DNA from: a virus
Lineage: Duplodnaviria > Caudoviricetes
Direction: 5' to 3' (one strand)
Virus record (IMG/VR): IMGVR_UViG_3300030372_001114
Span: 1-28,255 of that record
DNA length: 28,255 nt
Every line of letters starts with the position of its first letter. Position 1 is the first letter of the stretch. The notes below the pieces were generated by a model. It was not told where the DNA came from. It searched no databases and worked only from the letters and a program-made list of their open reading frames with translations. Made by a program: the position numbers and the translations under genes. This document shows positions 1 to 5,739 of the stretch, piece after piece.

Positions 1-103
1 GAAATTTATTTTTATCCTTAGATGATGGATCATATTGGAATCTTCCATTACTACGATGCCTTTGTTGTGGCTTTGGTCTAGTTTTAATTAGAAAACTAAT
101 CAA
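1..103 (-). CDS. rusA: 5' part of the RusA-like resolvase gene (second copy, cut by window edge)
   Basis: Reads MISFLIKTRPKPQQRHR..., the start of 27363-27785 apart from one K/R change. Confidence 0.85.
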   Translation of the reverse strand, partial: MISFLIKTRPKPQQRHRSNGRFQYDPSSKDKNKF

Positions 104-336
104 TTTTCATCATAATGCTTATTTGCAATATCTTGTAAGTTTACGATAACATCTTTATCGATTATCACGATATTATCATAACTATCATCTTCTTTTCTTA
201 TTGATGGAACGCCAACAAACTTTCCATTAATACCTTCTATTAACTTAAATCCTTTAACTGTCATTCCCTGAATCTTTACATCAAAAAATGCTTTAATCTT
301 TCCCCAACTACCTTTGGTCATTCTTTCTATTTCCAT
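100..336 (-). CDS. SpoVG-like nucleic-acid-binding protein (variant A)
   Basis: 78 aa; KAFFDV...VKGFKLIEG.NGKFVGVPS.RK.DD.Y.NIV matches the SpoVG pattern (IEG..GLFV.MPS.K...G.Y.DI); SD-like AAGGGG upstream. Confidence 0.75.
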   Translation of the reverse strand: MEIERMTKGSWGKIKAFFDVKIQGMTVKGFKLIEGINGKFVGVPSIRKEDDSYDNIVIIDKDVIVNLQDIANKHYDEN

Positions 337-879
337 TTATTTCCCCTTATTATTTTTTCTAAATGCTTTTTTTAAATCTGTAATTGTTTTTTCAAGAGTA
401 TCAAAACTAGGATAATAGCCAAATTTATTTTTATAAATATACTCAGCTAGTGTTCTTACACCAATATCAGCCAATTCTTCATAATATTCAAATCCACTAC
501 GGTATAATAAATTTTGTATTCTTATTGGTATTCCCATTGTATTTAACTTTGTTTTTCTTGTTCTTATAAAATCATATGCTCTTGATTCATCTGTATAAAT
601 AGGAATGTCTTTTATTTTTTTTATATATCCAGTCTTACTATCTACTTTTACTCGTTTAAATTCTTTTAATTTTCTATAATATTGTTTCCTACTATCTAAA
701 TGCTGTTTATAAAATTCTTTTCTCATAAACATTTGACACCAATCTGTTGCTCTTTGGTGCGACACATCGTAATAAAAACACTCTCCCTTTTTCATATCTC
801 TCATTAAATTCATCGCTATATGTTTCGGATAAACTTTTTTAGGATTACCATTCCTTTGTATTATGCTATATAAATCCAT
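337..879 (-). CDS. Accessory protein with C-terminal RNA polymerase alpha-CTD-like domain
   Basis: 180 aa; LNTMGIPIRIQNLLYRSGFEYYEELADIG..TL resembles alpha-CTD (L.LSVR..N.L...GI....DL); SD AAGGAG; absent from the right-end copy. Confidence 0.55.
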   Translation of the reverse strand: MDLYSIIQRNGNPKKVYPKHIAMNLMRDMKKGECFYYDVSHQRATDWCQMFMRKEFYKQHLDSRKQYYRKLKEFKRVKVDSKTGYIKKIKDIPIYTDESRAYDFIRTRKTKLNTMGIPIRIQNLLYRSGFEYYEELADIGVRTLAEYIYKNKFGYYPSFDTLEKTITDLKKAFRKNNKGK

Positions 880-886
880 ATTAACT

Positions 887-1115
887 CCTTACCATAGTTT
901 ATATTTATTTCTCTGATTTCTTTTTCTACCATTCTCGCTACAACATTTCTTACAATACGATTGATAACCACCTACTCGCGTGTGATATTGTTCTTTTTTT
1001 CTAACTTTATTACATTGATTGCATATTATCCCACCATCAACAAATCTTTCCTTATATCGCCTTGTAGCTTCTACTGACCTCTTACTTTTAAATTTATCTA
1101 TTTTACCCATAAGAT
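887..1115. repeat. Left copy (part 2) of imperfect terminal redundancy; matches 28027-28255
   Basis: Ungapped alignment at offset 27140; the differences I could see are all synonymous in the 73-aa ORF. Confidence 0.97.
889..1110 (-). CDS. Small basic Zn-finger protein (CxxC...CxxC)
   Basis: ICNQC...YCKKC, like the Zn finger at the N-terminus of phage HNH/EndoVII proteins but with no nuclease domain; identical protein in both end copies despite 7 silent changes. Confidence 0.8.
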   Translation of the reverse strand: MGKIDKFKSKRSVEATRRYKERFVDGGIICNQCNKVRKKEQYHTRVGGYQSYCKKCCSENGRKRNQRNKYKLW

Positions 1116-1118
1116 TCA

Positions 1119-1283
1119 GGTGGACTGATATTAGCCCACCATTCTCCTTTTCGACATAGTAAACATCAGTTTACCTAATACTAAAGCAGCCCTACAAACG
1201 GCAAGTAAGTGTGCATTGAGTATGCAAGAACGCCCTAGAAGTTGGTTAGACGTTAGGGCATAGAGAGTGCAAGGCTGCTTCAT
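1119..1283 (-). ncRNA. Candidate structured RNA or cis-regulatory leader (multi-stem)
   Basis: GC-rich intergenic island with stems 1268-1280/1184-1196, 1254-1259/1232-1237, 1222-1226/1212-1216, 1169-1174/1159-1164 and 1133-1140/1119-1126; G-U pairs favour the minus strand. Confidence 0.5.
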
Positions 1284-1287
1284 TTTT

Positions 1288-2130
1288 TTATGCTTCTGCA
1301 TTTATATCTTGTATTTCGTTAATATCTCTACTAGGTAGAATCTTATCTTTACAACATTTTGAATCTTGTCTTAGTTCTTCTTTGCGATAAAAAGCACTCT
1401 GCTTACAATTATTACAGAATCCAATATAAAATCTACCAGTAGTATCTAATCTATATTCTACTTCTACTTCTATCTCATCAGGGAGATCTGCAAATCTCTC
1501 TTGAGATAAAAATGTAGTTGGGTGTGGTATATACTTCATCTCTGTAAAGCTATTAGTCCAATAATCAACCCACCTCTGAGTTCCTTCAATAATATCTTCT
1601 ATAGAATAGTCCTTTAAGATAGATTCTAATTTAAGTAATGCTTTTGGCTTTCCAATCTTTCTAGGATACAAATCCCAAAAAACTAAAAAATCTGGATTAT
1701 CCTTATTCTTCTTTTTCTTTTTATTCTTATTATTATTATTATTCTTATTATTAGGGAGTGAACGTTCATTGAATGTTCCGTGAATACTCATTGAATGACT
1801 ACAACCCTCCTCTATAAAATCAAACTTAGATGGATATGGTCTATTGATTTTCTGATGCAACTTCCAATTTTTGATCCGAATCAATGTTCTATCATTACCA
1901 AACTCAATTAAGCCTAGTTCTTCCATTTTAGTTAGCCCATTTTCAATTACACTAACACTAATACTATCTGCTGGAAATACTTTTGCTTTTAAGCCTTTAG
2001 CAGAGTATACCTGAATCCCTTCATCATCTGCAAAATTGGTCATTCCTAGAAATAACAATCTTTCTACTGGTGTTAATTCAATGATCTTCTCATCGCACCA
2101 AAACTCTTTTTTTAATATTCTATTTCTCAT
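1288..2130 (-). CDS. Phage replication initiator / replisome organizer (lambda O/DnaD-like architecture)
   Basis: N-terminal R.LKKEFW.DEKI..L...RLLF.GM..FADDEG winged-helix-type motif, low-complexity N/K linker, C-terminal F..FWDLYPRK.GK.KA and YIPHP.TFL.QERF.D motifs. Confidence 0.8.
   Translation of the reverse strand: MRNRILKKEFWCDEKIIELTPVERLLFLGMTNFADDEGIQVYSAKGLKAKVFPADSISVSVIENGLTKMEELGLIEFGNDRTLIRIKNWKLHQKINRPYPSKFDFIEEGCSHSMSIHGTFNERSLPNNKNNNNNKNKKKKKNKDNPDFLVFWDLYPRKIGKPKALLKLESILKDYSIEDIIEGTQRWVDYWTNSFTEMKYIPHPTTFLSQERFADLPDEIEVEVEYRLDTTGRFYIGFCNNCKQSAFYRKEELRQDSKCCKDKILPSRDINEIQDINAEA
1703..1800. repeat. Putative replication origin: four 11-bp tandem repeats plus TTC/TTA low-complexity tract
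   Basis: tgaacgttcat, tgaatgttccg, tgaatactcat and tgaatgact start at 1759, 1770, 1781 and 1792, beside an AT-rich (tta/ttc)n run inside the initiator gene. Confidence 0.55.
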
Positions 2131-2181
2131 AACACTTACTTACTCCTTTCTGCCGAATTAATAATATAGTTAATAATTAAA

Positions 2182-2811
2182 TTATTTAATAATACTTTCT
2201 AATATCTCTCTACATAATTGTTCAGGAACAACTGACCTTAAGTAATTACCCTTCAATCCTTGTGTTCCAGTCTGAGAGCCTCTTGGTGCTGGTTGATGAT
2301 GACAATTTTTATTACCATTAAAACAGATTTGCCTAGGAATCCAATTAAAATCATTAGTCCATATATCTGTAGGTTTCATTCTATCATCTCCATAAGAACA
2401 ATAACTAATTGTTTTCCTAAAAAATGGCTCACAAGTCATAACTGATAATTTTCGCAACTTACCTCTAGGATTCTCTATATAAAACCATTTAGGATTAAGC
2501 ATTTTTATAATCCATTTAGTTTCCTCTACAATTTTCATTCCTAATATCGCTTGTTCGGTCTTAGGTGTGTGGTCTTTATTCCAATGATGTCCGATAGATG
2601 CTACGCTAAAGAATGTGCAAGGTGGAGAAGCCCAAATAATATCAGGAACACCAAATTCTTCGTCCATTTTATCAAGATCAAAATCAAATATATCACACAC
2701 TTGGTCAATATCTTTAAATGGTTCTCTATCTGTTGTATATGTTTCCATACCCATTTCTTCTGCAACCTTCGAAAATGACCTACTACCAGCAAACAATTCT
2801 AGTACTTTCAT
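2182..2811 (-). CDS. C5-cytosine DNA methyltransferase (short form)
   Basis: Motif I LELFAGSRSFS, motif IV IWASPPC (catalytic PC), motif VI IENP; 209 aa. Confidence 0.88.
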   Translation of the reverse strand: MKVLELFAGSRSFSKVAEEMGMETYTTDREPFKDIDQVCDIFDFDLDKMDEEFGVPDIIWASPPCTFFSVASIGHHWNKDHTPKTEQAILGMKIVEETKWIIKMLNPKWFYIENPRGKLRKLSVMTCEPFFRKTISYCSYGDDRMKPTDIWTNDFNWIPRQICFNGNKNCHHQPAPRGSQTGTQGLKGNYLRSVVPEQLCREILESIIK

Positions 2812-2963
2812 TCTTCCTCCTTTATTATTCCCTCTTTATGAAATATCCAACATACGACAACGGGATAACAATCTATACAAAAAGCAATTTCTAAACTCCC
2901 AATATATCCCTCAACATCGCCATTCTCTAAATCTGTTTCTTGTCCACAATAAATACAATTCAT
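2808..2963 (-). CDS. Zn-finger microprotein, 51 aa (not in ORF track)
   Basis: MNCIYCGQETDLENGDVEGYIGSLEIAFCIDCYPVVVCWIFHKEGIIKEEE; TAATG and ATGA overlaps with its neighbours. Confidence 0.75.
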   Translation of the reverse strand: MNCIYCGQETDLENGDVEGYIGSLEIAFCIDCYPVVVCWIFHKEGIIKEEE

Positions 2964-3163
2964 TATTCTACATCTTTCGCTGATTGAAATTCTGAATCAC
3001 AATCTCCACAATAAAACTCAGTAAATGCAGATGAGTATTCCCAATTAACTTGTCCATCACCATTAATTTCATCTATTGTGCTATTATATTCTGCAATTAA
3101 ATATACTAGTATTTTCTGACTACCACATTCAGGACACTTACCTTTTAATATTTTTTTTGACAT
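2963..3163 (-). CDS. Zn-ribbon microprotein
   Basis: 66 aa; KCPECGS...FYCGDCD. Confidence 0.75.
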   Translation of the reverse strand: MSKKILKGKCPECGSQKILVYLIAEYNSTIDEINGDGQVNWEYSSAFTEFYCGDCDSEFQSAKDVE

Positions 3164-3164
3164 C

Positions 3165-3314
3165 TTAATCTTCCTTTTTTGTGTTTATTATGTAATCAAA
3201 TATTCTTCTTCTTATTACTAAATTATTACAATCATCACAACATCGACCATTATTTATTGGCTCTGCATTATGTCCATAATCTTTTAGCTTATATTTACAT
3301 ATTGAGCATTTCAT
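3165..3314 (-). CDS. Zn-finger microprotein, 49 aa (not in ORF track)
   Basis: MKCSICKYKLKDYGHNAEPINNGRCCDDCNNLVIRRRIFDYIINTKKED; fits the C..C...G.N.EP...G.CC..CN pattern of small phage proteins and tiles the gap. Confidence 0.75.
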   Translation of the reverse strand: MKCSICKYKLKDYGHNAEPINNGRCCDDCNNLVIRRRIFDYIINTKKED

Positions 3315-3318
3315 TGAA

Positions 3319-3468
3319 TTATAAGTTATTATCTATTAAATCTTCAATATCTAGTGAATAATCATCTATACTATAATCCATTTTTATCTGTATTAATTTA
3401 TCTTCTAGTTTAGAGATGTACTTTTCTAATTTATCAATTTGTCTTATTAATAGTTTTTCTTTATTCAT
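3319..3468 (-). CDS. Hypothetical coiled-coil microprotein, 49 aa (not in ORF track)
   Basis: MNKEKLLIRQIDKLEKYISKLEDKLIQIKMDYSIDDYSLDIEDLIDNNL; ATGA overlap with the upstream gene. Confidence 0.65.
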   Translation of the reverse strand: MNKEKLLIRQIDKLEKYISKLEDKLIQIKMDYSIDDYSLDIEDLIDNNL

Positions 3469-3659
3469 CTTTCTAATACATCAATAATTGGTTTAATTAT
3501 TTCTATTGTCTTATCTAATGCTTCCTCTAATTCTTCTTGTGTATGATTAATTGCACCACATTCAAGCATCTCATCTTCATCTATAATCTGAAAAAGATTT
3601 GATCCTAAATGACTTGATATTTCATTCAAACAACTTAATAGTTTTTCTTTATTCATCTT
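3447..3659. repeat. 25-bp perfect direct repeat pair (3447-3471 and 3635-3659)
   Basis: ttaatagtttttctttattcatctt occurs twice; each copy covers the ATGA overlap and the codons for MNKEKLL. Confidence 0.9.
3465..3656 (-). CDS. Hypothetical acidic protein
   Basis: 63 aa; ATGA overlaps at both ends. Confidence 0.7.
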   Translation of the reverse strand: MNKEKLLSCLNEISSHLGSNLFQIIDEDEMLECGAINHTQEELEEALDKTIEIIKPIIDVLER

Positions 3660-4057
3660 GTATACCTTATAAATGCTTTATGCAATGGAATATAGCCAAC
3701 GTACTTGTATATAAATTCTTTTTTACTAAACTCTGTTGTTATCGGCATTTTCTTCCATTCCCATAAAAAGTTATGATTATCTTCTAATAGTTCTAAAATA
3801 TCAAAACAAAAAACCTCATCACCAACCCCAACAACATAATAAAAATACATTTTATTAAGTGCTGCATATTCTTTGTTGAATGAATATTTATCAAATTCAA
3901 TAAGCGTATCATCATAATACTTATCTCTATACTTGATTTCTGCAATCACATTATCTCCGTGCGCATCAAATCTCGCATATTTATCGCTAGATTCTTTTAA
4001 TCCAGTGCCTAGAACTTCATTGATTGATGATAAGATTTCTCGTTCTGTTTGTTTCAC
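3653..4057 (-). CDS. PD-(D/E)XK-family nuclease-like protein
   Basis: 134 aa; RFDA....IAEIKYR fits the D...ExK catalytic arrangement; GTG start overlaps the upstream stop. Confidence 0.6.
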   Translation of the reverse strand: MKQTEREILSSINEVLGTGLKESSDKYARFDAHGDNVIAEIKYRDKYYDDTLIEFDKYSFNKEYAALNKMYFYYVVGVGDEVFCFDILELLEDNHNFLWEWKKMPITTEFSKKEFIYKYVGYIPLHKAFIRYTR

Positions 4058-4209
4058 TTTACGATCCTGACATACATTGGATTGTATTTACTTCCCAGTT
4101 GGAATGTTGATGTATAAGAATCATTTTCTGCATAAATTATCATACTATATGCAAACAATAATCCAATCACCATACCAAGAACTAAATGTATTTTATTATT
4201 ATTATTCAT
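4054..4209 (-). CDS. Small membrane-anchored or secreted protein, 51 aa (not in ORF track)
   Basis: MNNNNKIHLVLGMVIGLLFAYSMIIYAENDSYTSTFQLGSKYNPMYVRIVK; SD AGGAG; one hydrophobic helix. Confidence 0.7.
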   Translation of the reverse strand: MNNNNKIHLVLGMVIGLLFAYSMIIYAENDSYTSTFQLGSKYNPMYVRIVK

Positions 4210-4217
4210 TTTATCTC

Positions 4218-4412
4218 CTAACCTAAACCATTATCTCGGTTTAAGAATTTAAGTATTTTACACTTTGTCTTGTCCACACTATGCTTTATCGGCTTTTCGA
4301 CCTTAAAGTAACTCATATTGTCTAGCACAAACTTATCTGCTTTTGATTTACTAGAAAAATAAGCCGAGTTTTTCTTTGTTTTTTCTGCGAATTTAACTTC
4401 CCAAATATTCAT
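4218..4412 (-). CDS. Hypothetical basic protein (start reassigned to MNIWEV)
   Basis: AGGAG SD 7 nt before the ATG at 4412; this start removes the overlap with the upstream gene. Confidence 0.65.
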   Translation of the reverse strand: MNIWEVKFAEKTKKNSAYFSSKSKADKFVLDNMSYFKVEKPIKHSVDKTKCKILKFLNRDNGLG

Positions 4413-4422
4413 CTTTTTTCTC

Positions 4423-5052
4423 CTAGAATGGTATTGCTTCGTTATCAGGTGTATCAACTTCTTTTTCTATTGTTTGATTTACAATATTATTATGAGATTC
4501 ACCATCTGTATTTACATATTTTTCACCTAATACTTTATCAGCATAATCTTTAACCTCTTGAGCCATTCCTGATTCGTGAACGATCCATTCTAAAGAGCCT
4601 TCATCTAACTCAACTAGTGATTTACCTTTATTTTTGCCCTTTCTAAATGGAATATAATCATCATTGACATCTAGCTTAGGTTTTGGATTATCATAGCTAG
4701 AATCGCTATTTTGCAGCATTTCATCAGCACTTGGGTGTTCTCCACCATTACTTCCGTATGCTGCGAGACAGCGTCCGATAGCGTGAGTTTCTGTCGCTTC
4801 TAGCACTTTGCCTTTAACTTTAGAACGAAGCGATTGGTCTGATATATCGCCCATAGCGTGTCCACTATAACTATTTGTTCCAACAGTTAATACTGCTTTA
4901 ATTATAACAACTGGATATTGTGTTATATCGTAGTTTGTTATTAACGTATAGTCCTTGCTTGTTTGTTCGCCTAAGTCAGCGATACGCTTTCCAACAGTAT
5001 GATATTTCTTACCAAACAAATCTATCACACCTTCATTGTTCTCCTTACTCAT
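4423..5052 (-). CDS. Putative single-strand annealing recombinase (Rad52/Sak-like) with acidic IPF tail
   Basis: Y.TV..RI...SGHA....LEATETHAIGRCLA..G.GG..PSADEM motif typical of phage annealing proteins; C-terminus DNEAIPF. Confidence 0.6.
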   Translation of the reverse strand: MSKENNEGVIDLFGKKYHTVGKRIADLGEQTSKDYTLITNYDITQYPVVIIKAVLTVGTNSYSGHAMGDISDQSLRSKVKGKVLEATETHAIGRCLAAYGSNGGEHPSADEMLQNSDSSYDNPKPKLDVNDDYIPFRKGKNKGKSLVELDEGSLEWIVHESGMAQEVKDYADKVLGEKYVNTDGESHNNIVNQTIEKEVDTPDNEAIPF

Positions 5053-5162
5053 TTGTTATCCCTCCTTGTAGGAATCCATAGTAATAAACATATTACTATT
5101 ATTGCTTTCATTATTATCGACATTACTAAATCTAACTGATAAATTTGATCCAAGAACTCCAT
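5049..5162 (-). CDS. Single-TM microprotein, 37 aa (not in ORF track)
   Basis: MEFLDQIYQLDLVMSIIMKAIIVICLLLWIPTRRDNK; TAATG and ATGA overlaps; GAGG SD. Confidence 0.65.
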   Translation of the reverse strand: MEFLDQIYQLDLVMSIIMKAIIVICLLLWIPTRRDNK

Positions 5163-5356
5163 TATTTACCTCTCTTATCTTGATTTTGATATATGTGCAT
5201 TATTGCACCATCTTTTTCCATAGTTATAAGCGTTCCATCATCTAGCTTAACCTTATAAACATTTGTGCATATCATATAGCCTACAATCTTGTAACCTGCC
5301 CAACCAGCTAATTTGAGTTTATTTTGTATTATTTGACGATGTTTATTAGTTATCAT
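5162..5356 (-). CDS. Hypothetical early protein
   Basis: 64 aa; AAGGAG SD upstream. Confidence 0.7.
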   Translation of the reverse strand: MITNKHRQIIQNKLKLAGWAGYKIVGYMICTNVYKVKLDDGTLITMEKDGAIMHIYQNQDKRGK

Positions 5357-5357
5357 C

Positions 5358-5534
5358 TTACTTGCTCTCCTTGTCGTTATGAATGATAATTAAGTCGCCA
5401 TTCGGCATTATTAATGAGCCATCATAATTTGTTTTAATTGAATCTTTTTTCATTTTACAGATAGTAGAATCAGAAAATTTCATAATTACTTTTTCTGTTG
5501 GATTTTCTTTTGTTATTATTGTTACTACTCTCAT
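5358..5534 (-). CDS. Hypothetical early protein (start reassigned to MRVVTII)
   Basis: AAGGAG SD precedes the ATG at 5534; the ATG at 5639 has no SD and the extension overlaps a promoter-like sequence. Confidence 0.6.
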   Translation of the reverse strand: MRVVTIITKENPTEKVIMKFSDSTICKMKKDSIKTNYDGSLIMPNGDLIIIHNDKESK

Positions 5535-5574
5535 TTCACTTACTCCTTGTTTATTTAATTGCCTAACCAGTCCA

Positions 5575-5604
5575 ATATTAATATTAAAACAATCATATTT
5601 GCAA
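5575..5604 (-). promoter_or_regulatory. Putative sigma70-type early promoter
   Basis: TTGCAA-N18-TAATAT with an AT-rich upstream tract, just after the terminator and before the first early gene. Confidence 0.45.
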
Positions 5605-5658
5605 GAAAAAGATTCACTTTTTATTAAATAATTGAACATTACGAGGAGAAATAATTAT

Positions 5659-5690
5659 AAAAAAAGCCCTATTCAATGAAGAATAAGGCT
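5659..5690 (-). terminator. Intrinsic terminator ending the structural operon
   Basis: Minus strand AGCCTTATTC-TTCATT-GAATAGGGCT followed by a T run. Confidence 0.85.
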
Positions 5691-5739
5691 CTTTTATACC
5701 TACTAAACGAATGTTAATCCGATTAGTTGGAGGGAAATT

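Larger units (their letters stand above)
1..349. repeat. Left copy (part 1) of imperfect terminal redundancy; matches 27683-28031
   Basis: 1-349 aligns ungapped to 27683-28031 (offset 27682) with scattered substitutions, e.g. gttttaatta vs gttctaatta. Confidence 0.97.

Noticed and set aside
100-336. Diverged repeat pair as a diversity-generating retroelement TR/VR
   Set aside because: Differences are not adenine-specific, many are synonymous, and no reverse transcriptase is present.
345-891. IS element or homing endonuclease as the source of the insertion
   Set aside because: No terminal inverted repeats and no transposase, HNH, GIY-YIG or LAGLIDADG motifs seen.
1131-1283. 50-codon minus-strand ORF (MKQPCTLYAL...) over the structured region
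   Set aside because: No SD, atypical composition, and the nested stems explain the sequence better; not fully excluded.
1157-1283. tRNA or hammerhead ribozyme
   Set aside because: No T-loop GTTCRA cloverleaf; CUGAUG is followed by U and lies in a hairpin loop without the matching GAAA core.
1759-3659. CRISPR array from the 11-bp or 25-bp repeats
   Set aside because: No repeat-spacer periodicity; the repeats lie in coding sequence; no cas genes.
5535-5639. N-terminal extension of the 93-aa ORF
   Set aside because: No SD at 5639; a good SD precedes 5534 and the segment contains a promoter-like sequence.
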